Positions 1-16,078 of a stretch of 64,000 nucleotides of DNA are shown here, in pieces. How positions within the stretch are numbered: position 1 is the stretch's first letter; each line of letters opens with the position of its first letter. The notes below the pieces were generated by a model. That model saw only the letters and a program-made list of their open reading frames with translations. It was not told the origin of the DNA and did no database searches. Origin of the DNA: the human T2T-CHM13v2.0 reference genome, Homo sapiens; NCBI RefSeq assembly GCF_009914755.1, contig NC_060925.1, one strand, 5' to 3'. The position numbers and the translations under genes are program-made.

Positions 1-170
1 TACACTGAATTAGATGTTTAATGACTTCAGGAACAAACATAACACATATTTCAATTTAGTCCTTTAAAATATAAAGATAAAATGGTCTAGAGATAAAGAA
101 GGATAAATGTAATAAGTAACTGGTTTCATGAAGGAAAAAACTGTAGTTACACATAAAGTACTCCTCTTAC

Positions 171-244
171 CACTATCAACAGCTTCAACTTCACGGTCAA
201 TTGCATCTCTGATCATTAGTGGGTGGATGAAGAACTGCGCCCAT
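171..244 (-). CDS. NRDC: Nardilysin exon 7 (WAQFFIHPLMIRDAIDREVEAVDS); the gene continues beyond position 1
   Basis: Acceptor ttgttcag|A and donor G|GTAAG; 74 nt; M16 motif REV.AVDS(E). Confidence 0.96.
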
Positions 245-1119
245 CTGAACAAAAAACAAAACTGGCATTTCCGTTTTTGTTCACTTTCATCAATCAACAT
301 CTATTATTTTAATTAAGAAACTTACTAAGTTGGAGATTTAATTCACAATCCTAAGTATATAAAATCTAAATAATCTGCATTTCTATATTTTAAACTAATA
401 TCTACATGTTACTTTAACTTTTTCATTGTGAAATATATTTAATAACAATCATACAGAAAAGTTAACAAAACATGAACATATAAACTACACCTGAGTGGCC
501 CACCCAGGTGAAGAAACAGACCATAGTCAACACTCTAGAAGCACCCAGCTCCTACCCTTACCTCAAGAAATATCCTGAATGTATAGCAGTAATTTCTCTC
601 CTTTTCTTTATAGTTTTATTACCTATATACCTATTTCTAACCCAATGTTTATCAACCCTTTTTATTTCCATTTTCAACCCTTAGGAGCCTTTTCGGAAAT
701 GTTCTCCTATTCATTCCTTTGTAAAATTGTAATATCACAGATAGTCTATTTATGTAATGTTATGTATATCCATGTTTTTATAGAGTATATAAAGCTTACT
801 TTTTTAGTTCAATGCAAGTTTACAGATGACTAAAAACGTTTCAGTTAAAAGTTAAATTAGAATTTTAAAGACTTGGTATTTAAGTTAATCTTATAATTTC
901 ATCTGCTTTTTAAATTAATTTTTAATTATATAAACTGTGATGTATCAAATTACATATACAAATTACCACTTATATAAATACATAATAGCAATGCAATTAA
1001 ATTGTTAAAAATTATTCAAAGATTGGTGTATTGGTGTTTTTCCAGCAAAATAGAATGATTTAAAAAATTAATTTCCTAAAATGTTTAGTAAACTTTTTTT
1101 TTTTTTTTTTTGGATATAG

Positions 1120-1266
<147 letters not shown>

Positions 1267-1446
1267 TAAATTTTTTATAGAGACAGGGTCTCCCTATATT
1301 GCTCAGGCTTCTTTAAAAAACTTTTAACTTTTGCTTGCAATAAGGTAACTTTTAACTTAACTACCTGCTAGATATATTGGGGCATTTTTTTTCTTTTCAG
1401 TACTTGGTATGATTAATGATGGGTTGGATAATTTCTGTTGACTTAA

Positions 1447-1764
<318 letters not shown>

Positions 1765-2295
1765 TGATTCTAGTTATTAGTTGGTAGTTATTTTCCTTCA
1801 GAGCACGAAGTTGAGTAGTCATCTGTAAGTGTAACTCATCTTCCTTTGAAGAAAATTTTCTCTTTATCTGGCAAAAATTTTCCATATTTCTTCTAATGTA
1901 TCCTTTTGGAAGTTATTAGACTTTAACCTCTGATTTGATGTCTTACAACAGGTTCTGAAAATTTTCCAGTGATCAACCCTTCAACTGTTGTCTCTACTTC
2001 AATTTTCTCTCTCCTCCTTCTACAACTACAAGCAAAATACATGGGATGTTTTCATTCTATCCTCTATGCTTCATATTCTTTGTATTTTTAATTTTGTGCT
2101 ATATGCTATATTTGGGTTATATATGTTCTTTATGCTATACTTGGGTTAATTCCTTCTGTCTTATCTTCTGGCTTACTAATTCTATCTTCAACTCTATTTA
2201 CTCTTAAACTTGTCCATGACATTTTCAATTTTTTTTATCATAGTTCAGTTCAAGATGTATCTTTTCATTTTACAAATTTCCTAGGTCATATTTGA

Positions 2296-2575
<280 letters not shown>

Positions 2576-3814
2576 TGATCCACCCGCCTCGGCCTCCCAA
2601 AGTGCTGAGATTACAGGCATGAGCCACTGCGTCTGGCCTTTATTTCTTAAAAAATAGAAAGTATAATTATTTTAGAAATTGTGTGTAACTATGCCAGTAC
2701 TTGAGATGTCTCAGAATCTGTTTGTGTTATCTGTTCTCAATCATGTTGTATTATTTTCCTGAGTACCTGCTTATTTTTGACTGAATGTTGGTTATTTTAC
2801 TTGAAAAAATATTTGTAACAATTTAGGGCCTAGAAGGAAGGCATCTTCCTTTTGAGATGCCTTATGTTTGCTTCTCCCAGGCTCCTGGGAACACTACCAG
2901 TTCTGCCCATGAAGCTACAATCAAGACTTGGGGTTCCCCAGAATACTCAGGCACTTGGAATCTAGGCTATAACTACTCAGGACGCCTCATCCTTTTTCAC
3001 AACCTGAAAGTGAAGATTTTGTATTCCCGCTTATAATGGGGAGGGTCTCCTGTTAGAAGTGGACATCCTAAGCTTTGATATTTGTCACTCTTACCATGAA
3101 ATACTGATAAAATAAAGTTCAAATTTACTGAAAATAGAAGACGCCACCATGGTAAAGACGGCTTCCATGCTCACTTACTTAACTGGAGTAAAAATTTAGT
3201 CATTTCCTCAGCTGTTTATTTAAAAGATACTTATAAACAATGTGGCCTGTGTGAGGGAATCAGATTTTGCTAACCTATTAAAAACAGGTACTTAATCCAT
3301 GTTATATAAGAGCATATTACACACGTATAAAGGCTTTTCCTTATACATTGTAGAAGTATAATATTATAGCATTTATTATAGTATTTGCACCCTATAATGC
3401 TCTACTTATGGCATAAATTTATGATTTGATATTCTCATTAATTTATCCTATTAATGCAGTGGCTTTCTTATTGGGTGGCTTTCTTTTTAAATAAAAATAA
3501 ATGTGTAAGGTGATATTCTTAGATGCTGAAGCAGTCCTTGTACAAAACATATTTAGAACAACTCTTTAAAAGGAAACAAAACAAATTTCTTAACTACATT
3601 TTATACCAAATTTCATCATCTCTGAGATGGCCAGAATGTATTCATATCATACATACCATTTGCCTATCCTTTTTCCCAATAAAATCAGTTATTTTTCCTT
3701 CTTTGTATATGGACAAAGCTAAATATAAAGTTGTAAAAATTCAACTTGTCTTCTGCTTAAGATTTCTTCACACATACAAAGACCTGTTTGGATTCTGTAA
3801 AACTTAAGAGCTGA

Positions 3815-4312
<498 letters not shown>

Positions 4313-4381
4313 TAAATAAATAGTGGCATATGCTTCCAATTTATAGGAATATGTCCAAAGGATTTTTCCAGATCAAATTAA

Positions 4382-4825
<444 letters not shown>

Positions 4826-5967
4826 TAATTCATTTAACAAATCTGAGTATCTACCAAATTATTGATTTGCAGATGTATCAACAAAAAATAGATAAAAATT
4901 CCTGCTCTGAAGGAGCTTACATTATACTAGACAAACGTGAGGTTTCTTTTTTCTTTTACATTTCAATCTTGCATATATCTAGAATTAGGTATAACTTTTT
5001 TCTACTTTTCTACTTTTTTCCGGGGTAGACTTTGGTCTGCAACCCTGTAATCTCAAACTTCTACTATTGTACTGACAAACTTTCTGGAAAACAATTTTGC
5101 AATGAATTTCAAAAGCTTAAAGAAAAAAAAAGTCTTAAAAATATATTTGCAAATATACTCAGCAATTTCACTGCTTAGAACTTAATAGAAATAATTAAGG
5201 ATATTCACAGAGATCAGGATAATCATCACAGTATTAGAAAACTGGAAACAACTCAACTGTCCAATCATATGTAACTGATTAAACACCTTATGGTACTTCT
5301 ATACAATGTAAATAACATACAATCACTAAAAATCATGTTTTATAAATTATGTAAGTTAAAATGATATATCTTGCTTAAAATTAACAATTATAAAAGGGTA
5401 TGAACAATATGATCGGTATACTTTAAAAAATATAGATGGGTCTATACCAAAACATTAATGGTGGTTATCTCTAGATTATAAAGTTGGAGGCAATCTTATC
5501 CCTTTTTTGCTTCTCTGTTTCTCCATATTTTCTACTAAATTCTGTTTTTTAAGTGGCTGGGCAAAGTGGCTCACACCTATAATCCCAGCACTTTGAGAGG
5601 CTGAGGCAGGAGGATCACTTGAGGCCAGGAGTTTGAAACCAGCCTGGGCAATACAGAGAGACTCCCAATTCTACAAAAAAATTTAAAAATTAGCTGGGAG
5701 CGGTGGCACATTCAGCCTGGGAGGCTGAGGTTGCACTGAGCCATGCATTCATGCAATTGATGGCCAATTGCACCACAGCACTCCAGCCTAGGCACCATGG
5801 CAAGACCATATCTCTTAAAAAAAAAAAAAAAAAAGTCATAATGAGTCAACAGAGAATACATAATTAATAAAATTAATAAAACCCAAAAGGTGTTGACTTT
5901 TATTTTAATCTTTAATACAAAGACTATATATAATAGAACAAGAGTCAAAGTGTATTTAACAGTTTAA

Positions 5968-6282
<315 letters not shown>

Positions 6283-6393
6283 TGACTGGTCCAAGTAAAG
6301 TATTGTGACAATTCTACTGTACAAGAACACTCTATTTACATTTGCAAAGTGCCATTAGATCATTAAAATTAAAGTATATTTAGAGTTAGTTAC

Positions 6394-6547
6394 CTATCAA
6401 GAGCTTCCTTGAAGTACTTCCTCTGGACATCAAACTGAAAGACAGTGCGTTCACAATCAGTTGAGGCATTATCACTACCCCCATGCTTCTTCAGGAAGGC
6501 ATCAAATCCATTCTCATCTGGATATTTCAAACTACCCATGAATACCA
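6394..6547 (-). CDS. NRDC: Nardilysin exon 6 (MVFMGSLKYPDENGFDAFLKKHGGSDNASTDCERTVFQFDVQRKYFKEALDR)
   Basis: Acceptor ccatttag|TG and donor AG|GTAAC; 154 nt; M16 core motif (GS.KYP, GGS.NA.T). Confidence 0.97.
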
Positions 6548-7418
6548 CTAAATGGAAAGAACACAAAGTCACACAACACAAAGATATAGAAAATATTTTT
6601 ATCACACATGAACTTTCTTATATGCATAGAAAAACTGAAAGAAAATAGACCAACACATCAAATGGTTATGTCTGAATTCTTTTTTTTTTCTTTGAGACAG
6701 AGTCTCACTCTGTTGCCCAGGATGGAGCACAGTGGTGCAATCTTGGCTCACTGCAAACTCTGCCTCCTGGGTTCAAGTGATTCTTGAACCTCCTGGGTTC
6801 AAGTGTCTCAGCCTCCCAAGTAGCTGGATTACAGGCACTTGCCACCATGCCTGGCTAATTTTTTGTATTTTTAGTAGAGATGGGGTTTCACCAGGTTGCC
6901 CAGGCTGGTCTCCAACTCCTGACCTCAAGTGATCTGCCCACCTCGGCCTCCCAAAGTGCTGGGATTACAGGCGTGAGCCACCACACCTGACCCTAAATAA
7001 TACTTTCTTCATTACATTTGATTTTGTAACTTTCTATTATGCTCATGTTACTTTTATACTAAAAAAAAAAAATTTCATCTTTAAAGAAAGATAAGACGAA
7101 CATATAACTTATAAAGAGATCACAAATATATTTAAGTCTAAATAGATTAAAATTCACCTTTTATTAATTAGATTAAAATTCAAACAAATTCACAAACATA
7201 TATGCAGATTAACTGCTACTGCTGTTACAACTTAATCTCTTCAATTAAATTTAAGGAGATTAAAATTTAAGCACAAACATATGCAGATTAATGGCTACTA
7301 TAAAAATTCACAAAGTAAGAAGTATACCCTCAAATACTTTAGAAAACCAGACCATTAAAAAAAGAGTAATTTAAAATAAATATTTGTAAAATAAAAATAA
7401 ATATTTGTAACTATATAA

Positions 7419-7753
<335 letters not shown>

Positions 7754-7864
7754 TAGGTACATTCCAAATTAAATGAAAAGCTTCTATTGTTTTGTTTTTA
7801 TATTAATCATGCCTTTTGAATTTCTAGGTTTTTTTTGTTTCTTGTTTTTTTTTTTTTTTTTTGA

Positions 7865-8179
<315 letters not shown>

Positions 8180-8506
8180 TAACCCTGGAAGGGACTGCCC
8201 TCCCCAGGACTGGTCATTTCCTAGAAAATGGCAATCATCTCCTGATCCGTTGGCCTTAACATAGCTCAACAATAGTGACATCTACAGTTTAAAAGTTTTC
8301 TGTGTGGTTTCATTCTAACTCTCAATATAAGTACACTCAGATTGTTTCCCCCACGATATTCATAAATCAAGGATTTTTTCTTAGCCTTTTCTCTTGCTAA
8401 ATATATCATACTTCTGTCAAATCACTTGCTAATCTTTGATATCAATTCATATAAGTTTGGAGGGGGGAAAAAAACACACCAGGAATGATATTTTACAAAT
8501 TCTTAC

Positions 8507-8588
8507 TGTGCTCCAAAAAGTGTGCCAGCCCCGGCAGGTCATCTGGATCAGCGAAACTCCCAACTCCAACACAAAGAGCCGCTGCAGA
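8507..8588 (-). CDS. NRDC: Nardilysin exon 5 (SAAALCVGVGSFADPDDLPGLAHFLEH), HXXEH zinc-binding motif
   Basis: Acceptor ctccag|TCT and donor A|GTAAG; 82 nt; inverzincin HFLEH motif. Confidence 0.97.
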
Positions 8589-8719
8589 CTGGAGTAATTA
8601 GAACACATACAAATAGTTGAGTCAACCCTAAAGGAATAATATTCGCATCTTATCTTAAGGATTCATTTGGAGATGGATGTTTTCCAATAGGAGTAACAAA
8701 ATTCTTTCCCTGAGAATCA

Positions 8720-8778
8720 GGAGGAGCAGCAAAGTGAAACTCACCAGAACTGTGTCAGTTTCACCCTGCTGCTCCTCC
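8720..8778 (-). ncRNA. MIR761: microRNA 761 hairpin
   Basis: 59-nt fold-back GGAGGAGCAGCAGGGTGAAACT...AGTTTCACTTTGCTGCTCCTCC, matching the recalled mir-761 precursor hosted in NRDC. Confidence 0.9.
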
Positions 8779-8814
8779 GCTTGCCATCCTGCCAAATGCT
8801 GAACAGGTGCAGAC
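8745..8814 (-). CDS. NRDC: Nardilysin cassette exon 4 (SAPVQHLAGWQAEEQQGETDTVL), second part of the 68-aa insert
   Basis: Acceptor ttttccttag|G and donor CTG|GTGAGT; 70 nt, phase 2 to 0. Confidence 0.9.
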
Positions 8815-9862
8815 CTAAGGAAAAAAAGCAGAAACAGACAGAAAAAAAGGGAAGAGGGACTGGACAGCCCACCCAAATATCATTTCATGTCAGCATTTCA
8901 TAATTCTGAACCAAGTTTTTTCCCTGAATTACTAGATTTTGGAAATCTGCGGAAGTAACATATCTAGATAGATATCTCTGAAGATCTCTAAGCAATTAAA
9001 AGCTTTGTGTTGAGTGACTCAGTTACTAGATGTGAAACCTGTCAACATGTAACTTAGAAAATTTTGTTAAGATAGAATAAGATAACATTTTAGGAAAACA
9101 TCTAACAAAAATAGTAAGTGATAAAAAAAGATAAAATCGGTAGCTATTAAAAAGTATAACTAAATTTTAAAGAGGCTTTTTAGTTCTTCACTTCTAATTG
9201 AAGATATACAGCATATATTACTTATCAGTATATATTCTCCCAATACTTTGGGAAAATCAGAGTTTTTAACAAAATTGATGGCCAAGAGGTACACCAAACT
9301 GCACTTAAAATGATTGGGACTTTTTTTTTTTTTTTTTTTTAAGACAGGGGTCTTGCTATGAGGCCCAGGCTGGTCTCAAACTCCTGGACTCAAACAATCC
9401 TCCCACCTCAGCCTCTCAAAGTGCTGGGATTATAGGCGTGAGCCACTGCACCCGAACTATTGGGGCATAATTACAGTAAGTTAAAAGACAAAAAAAGGAG
9501 AAAAAACGGTCAATTTGAATCCTTGAAGATAGAAAGGCGAATTATTAACTTTCCCAAATTTGTTTTCTTCAAACTTTTGTAAATGTCAATTTTACAGGGC
9601 TAACATATTTGGTGAAACAGATTGTTTTAATAAACAGTTACCTCTTAAAAAAGAGCTTTTCAAAAATAGCATGTACCTGGCATAAAGTCTAGCCATGTGT
9701 CAGAAAATGAGTGTGTTTTCAGAAGAACCAAACAGCCTCACTTGATACTATAAACCCCATTTTGAAGACTTAGGCACATAAACTCAGTTAAAACATTGGG
9801 GAATATCCAGTTCTTCAAACCACAATCTAACCTGTTCTGTGATGTTTTAATAGGTGCCTAAC

Positions 9863-9996
9863 CTGCTTTCAGCTCCAACTACCCCATAAAGATTTCTTGT
9901 CTCGACCAGCAGGGTTGAAGACATTTTTGAATAAGTTGACTTAAACCACAGTCTATCAGTCAGCTTTGACCACAGCAAAAACAGGCTCTGCAATTG
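9863..9996 (-). CDS. NRDC: Nardilysin cassette exon 3 (QLQSLFLLWSKLTDRLWFK...GAES), first part of the 68-aa insert
   Basis: Acceptor ttttctag|CAA and donor AG|GTTAG; 134 nt open frame; 134+70=204 nt = 68 aa with exon 4, matching the known long isoform. Confidence 0.9.
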
Positions 9997-12601
9997 CTAG
10001 AAAAGAAATTCATACTTGAGAATTTTCTACCTAAAAAATTCAGACCTGAGAAATTCATACTTGAGAACTGAATTAAGAAAGCCCTGAACAAATCTTAATT
10101 CAATGTATATCATATTCAAATTTCAACCTTGTTAATTTATCAAACTTTTAAAATCAAGAACAACTTCTTTTGGGAGGAGGAAAACGGAGAGGGATAAAAA
10201 AGATGCCTCAGAAAAGTAGTTAACTTCTTAATTAGGTAAATGTTATTCAAAAAACGATCAAATATCTTTCTTCTCAATTCCTTTATTAATTCTCACATTT
10301 ACCTTAAACAAGTTTCACACATTTTTCAAATAAAACTTAGATCATAAAACCACTCTTAAGCCACCTCTTACCAAGGCTAATCTACTTTATTTCCTTTTTT
10401 CAGAGAGTTATTCAACAAATATAAACATTTACCACTTACGATCGTGGGATCTTTCCTTTCACTAGTGAACCCATTGCTTCTGAATCAAAACAATTTCTCG
10501 TCTTCAAACTACTTAGGTTCCACTGTCCCGGTAGGATAATCCATAAAATTAGCTGTCAATATCTTATAAGGATTATATCACACTGAGTTCTCAGAAAAGA
10601 AAGGTAGCATCTAAGCCATTTTAAAAACGATCACTAGACTCTGACCCTGCTGCTAGAAAAGATCAACTTAGAATTTGATCTACCTAAGCAAAATAAAAAG
10701 GGGTACCAAAAAGGCTGAACAGACATGTTCATTTGTCAAAGGTGTTCACAATTGCTGTATAAATCTAAAGTATTTTATAATGTCTTGACATTTAAAATGC
10801 CTGTCGAGACAATTTTTAACTGTTTTTAAATGCTTTGTCAGTTAATAGGAAATATAAACAAGTCAGATCATGGGAAAAGCTACTTACAGATAGATGGAAA
10901 GATATAGAAAAAAAGTATAGATAAGAAGTATTCAGTTAAGAAGTTATAACATGGTCTGGCTTAGAGCTAAAATAGGCCTCAGAATTTTATATTCTTGTTT
11001 TAAAACTGAGAAAAAAAAGAAAGAAAATGAAAACACCTAAAATCACGCAGAAAGAAAGGAACAGAGCCAGAAGTAGAACCCAGGTTTCCTGACTGTCAGT
11101 GTTCTTTTTTTTTGTGACTTTTATAATTTCTTCCTATTAATGCTCTATTTGGAATTATGAGATCTATTTTAAGTTAAAAGTGAATCTATTAATTTCCAAT
11201 CTGTTCATAGAGACCTTAGCATACAGACTATCAAGTGACATATATATACCTTTTTTTCCCCCAGTGTTTTGATGTTCATCTCTACAGCCTTCCAAGTTAA
11301 AACTATTTAATACTTGGTCTATCATGCTACCCAAAAACAGGATCACTAATAATCTGAGTAGTAAACAGGAAAAAGCTTCTTAAAAATATTACTCAATCCA
11401 ACAACTTAGTAAAAAACTGGTACAATCTTTCTTTTTAAAAAATAATTTTTTCCAAGAAGAATAACTATTAAATCATATCTACTACTTATACCTCAACTCT
11501 TCCCACCTTTAAGGGTGACCACTTTTTTTCTTTTTCTTTTTTTTTTTTTTTTTGAGACAAAGTCTCACTCTGTTGGCCAGGGTGGAGTGCAGTGGTGTAA
11601 TCAAAGCTCACTGCAACCTTAACCTCCCTGGGCTCAGGTGATCCTCCCATCTTCAGCCTGTCAAGTAGCTGGAACCACAGGCATGTGCCACCACACCCAG
11701 CTAATTTTTTTTAATGTTTTAGAGAGACAGGGTTTCACCACATTACCTAGGCTAGTCTCAGAACTCCTGGACTCAAGTGATCTGCCCATCTCGGCCTCTT
11801 TGTATGTAGACTGTACCATGTTGAATATATTATCAATATTCAAGAAACTAGCTTTAACTAACTTTTGCTGGTCAATTCCACTGTACTGGCTCCGAAAATT
11901 ATCCTCTGGGTACTCCCTACTATGAAAATGGAGGTATTCTTCAAAAGATATTAAGAAATTCTCCCTATCAAGACTTATTTATCTATCCACTGATGGTTGT
12001 TACATATTAAATAAGCTTAACTGCCCAGTTTCTATTTCAACTCTTCCAAAGTACTTATTTGTCCAGACCTTTGCGTTCCCATATAAAGTGCTAAATCAAA
12101 CTCAATTATCTAATTATCTATATAGAAGCCACCCATACAATAACTCTTAGAGCCCTAGGCCCATGTAAAGATTTCACACTAGCCCCATTCTTTTCTTCTT
12201 CTTTTTCCAGTCTCACCAAGGATAACATACTCTTATTTCTCTAATCCAGGCTAAGAATTCTGCAGCTCCTCATCTACCAGTATTTGTTTTTAAAACATAT
12301 AATGTATACAAATACACATAAATTCAAATACCTCTGAGTGTTGATTACCTCTGAGAGATATAGCTATGGGTGATTTTTATATTTTTGTTTTCTTTATATT
12401 CCATTAGTTTATATAATGAGCATTTACTACTTTTATAATTGGAGGAAAATGTTTTCAAAATGTAATCCTGATACAGAATAGACCTTTACTGAAGACCAAA
12501 AGATAACTATATACTTCCTTTTTGCCATTAAAAAATAAAGCTTGAGTTTAGAAGTTACCCAAAGAATTCCCAAATTAGAAGAAAACAGACATGACTCGCA
12601 C

Positions 12602-12890
12602 CTGTTTTTCAGTAGTTTTTTTTCTAGCTTCTGCTCTCTCTTCTAATTCTTCCAATTCATTATCCTCAGTATCAAGATCATCATCATGTTCATCATCAAA
12701 CTCATCTTCATCATCAAAACCCTCTTCATCGTCATCTTCTATTTCAGCTCCAGAATCTTCATCATCATCTTCTTCTTCTTCCTCCACCTCCTCTTCTTCT
12801 TCATCATCTGTTGTATTTCCTGTTTTACCTTCCATATTACTTAGGTCTGAAATCAGAAGTGCCTGCAAGCCATTCTGTAATTTGATGTAT
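12602..12890 (-). CDS. NRDC: Nardilysin exon 2 (YIKLQNGLQALLISD, acidic Asp/Glu stretch, KKTTEKQ)
   Basis: Acceptor cccag|A and donor CAG|GTGCG; 289 nt; M16 N-terminal motif followed by the long D/E tract characteristic of nardilysin. Confidence 0.97.
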
Positions 12891-13728
12891 CTGGGGGGAG
12901 AAAAAAAAAATCACACATTTTGATTCAGCTGTTCTTTACACCAATACAAGTAATCAGCTTAGCAGAATTTTAAAAAAAGAATCCAAGTAAAAGTACAAAC
13001 ACACACACACACAACTATTTGTAAACTAATAAAATTGGTTGCTCTGGAGAGGGAACCCCAAAAGCTAATCAGTTTTTGAACAGCTGGAGGGAAATGAAGG
13101 TAAGAACACTTCATAATATACGCTGTTTGTATTTTTAAATTTTGAACTACATAAATATATTTACCTATTCAAAAAACACATTTTAGTAGCTAAAGATATG
13201 CAACTCACCACTCAGCCTCCCCTATTTCTCAGTTTGTAAGTATTTAAACATTCTATCATACCAGAAGACTTAGGCTAAGATAAATTGTATCCCTCAATAT
13301 ACAGAACAGTCATGTCAGCTTAATATTAAAGCAAAATCACACAAAATTAAACTGCTGATTTTCTTTTCTATAAAATGTTTGACATATCAGTCTCCAAAGC
13401 TGCCTTTATGAACTAAAAAGTGGTTATATCTCTATGAAAATGAAATCCCCCACAGACTGGTAGCCCCGCAGGAAGATTATTCTGCTTTTTTTGAGACAGA
13501 GTTTGCTTTACTGCCCAGGCTGATTTTAAACTCTTGGGCTCAAGCAGCTCACCTCAGCCTCCTGAGTGGCTGGGATTACAGGCATGTGCCACCATCTCAA
13601 GCTCCTGATTCTTATCTGCAAAACTACTGTGCCAGTTTGATGACTAGGTATCTATTACAGACCACTCCCATTTACACTAATTTTTTTTTTCCTTTTTCTT
13701 TGAGACAAGGTCTCACTCTGTTGTGTAG

Positions 13729-13992
<264 letters not shown>

Positions 13993-15298
13993 TAATTTTT
14001 TCATGTATTTATTCAATAAACATTTATTTAGCACCCTTTACATATCAGATATCATGCTGCATTAAGGATAAAAAGGATAAAACAAAATTCCTCACCATCA
14101 GGCATTCACTGTCTAATAATGAGATGAGCCAGTATAATACAGAATGACAGAGATAAATACAGAATGTAAGAAACAAGCAGTCAGGGAAGGCGTCTAAGAC
14201 AAGGTACACTTAAAAAGTCAAGCAAAAACTAAGAATAACATGCAAAGAAAGACAAGGAAGAGAACCTTTGGCCTAAGATGGAAGACTGAACACTGGGATT
14301 TATCTACTTTCCATATAAAATAATCACATTTGGAGCTCAGGAGTTCAAGACCAGCAGGCAACGTAGCGAAACCTCATTTCTACAAAAAATACAAAAAATT
14401 AGCCTGGCATGGTGGCATGCGCCTGTAGTCCCATCTACTTAGGAGGCTGAGGTTGGGAGGATGATTTGAGCCCAGGAGGTCCAGGCTGCAGCGAGCCCAG
14501 ATCGGGCCACTTTACTCCAGTCTGGGTGAAAAATGAGACCCTGTCCCAAAAATTAATAAATAAATAATAAAAAATAATCACATTTAAGTGATAGAAAAAA
14601 TGTTTGGTTTTTTTTTTTTTGGTTTTTGAAAATAAAATCATGACAGACAGAAAACAGGAAAGGACACTGTTAGCAGATTACAAATTTTTAGAAATCATTA
14701 GAAGACATGCAAATTTGATCAGATTAATGGAGAAAACCACAGACCTATAAACATGTAGTAAGATATTGGTTCTTCCCAGGAAACCCTAGAAAAAGTCTAA
14801 GCTTCAGATCAATAAATAAGAGCAAAGAGAGCCTCAGGGCAATAAGCTCAATTATGTAAACTGGAAGCAATCCAAGTCTACTGACAGCAGAATAAAAAAA
14901 CTGTGGTATATTCATATAATGAAAATTTTCTTCACAGTGGAATATTGTAACACAGGGAAATACAGAATTCAGCAACAAACTACGACAGTGGTTAATCTTA
15001 AAAACATGAGTGAAAAAAGCAAATCACAAAAAAATACTATATGAGTACCATTCACATAATGCCAAAAAACAAGCAAAAGTAAACAGTATATTATTTAGGT
15101 ATACATATATATCCAACTTTTTTTAAGCAAAAGAATGATAAACACAAAATGCAAAACAGGGCAGGGCACAGTGGCTTGCGCCTATAATCCCCGCACTTTG
15201 GGAAGCCGAGGCAGGTAGATTGCTGGAGTCCAGGAGTTCAAGATCAGCCTGGGTAACATGGCAAAACCCCATCTCTACAAGAAAAAATACAAAAATTA

Positions 15299-15514
<216 letters not shown>

Positions 15515-15534
15515 TTAAAATGTTCAAGACCACC

Positions 15535-16078
15535 AGAAGTAGACAGCAATATGCCACCTCTAAATATGCCTCCTTGGCATAAGGATTGTTGAACTGAAGG
15601 CAATTAAAAAGCAGATGCAGGAAAGCTCTCTGCTATCCACTTGCCTAAAAGCAAGACATAAATTTACTCCAAAGACAAAAAAGGTTAAAAAAAAAAAAAA
15701 AAACCCAACCCCTGTTTACCGTGGAAGAACACAAGTTAACCACCAAATACAACTTTACACCTGTATTGGTCTGGATACGACACCAAAGGAATCCACATTA
15801 ACAAGTTTACTAATTATGCTTTGCCTGCCATTATTTGCCTTTCTACAAGTTGCTGCCCCTACAGACTCAAAGTCCTTTTTCTTTGTCTTGACACTTTGCT
15901 AAACATTTGTTGAAGATACTATATAAGCAGGAATTAAAAGCCAACTCATTCTGAGTATCTCCCATGTATTTATGAATTATACATGTTAACAAACTTATAT
16001 TTGTTTTTCTTTTGTTACAGGGGACCATTCCAAATAATAACTTATGAGGGTTGAAAAAAATTATTTTCCTCCCTTACA
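15535..16078 (+). mobile_element. MER34-family LTR
   Basis: AATATGCCACC...AAATATGCCTCCTTGGCATAAGGATT start and ATTATTTTCCTCCCTTACA end. Confidence 0.7.

Noticed and set aside
7143-7410. Several short direct repeats (TAGATTAAAATTCA, CACAAACATATGCAGATTAA, AAAATAAATATTTGTAA)
   Set aside because: Ordinary slippage duplications in an AT-rich intron; no regular array
12591-12923. Poly-Ser ORF on the plus strand
   Set aside because: Antisense shadow of the acidic NRDC exon 2
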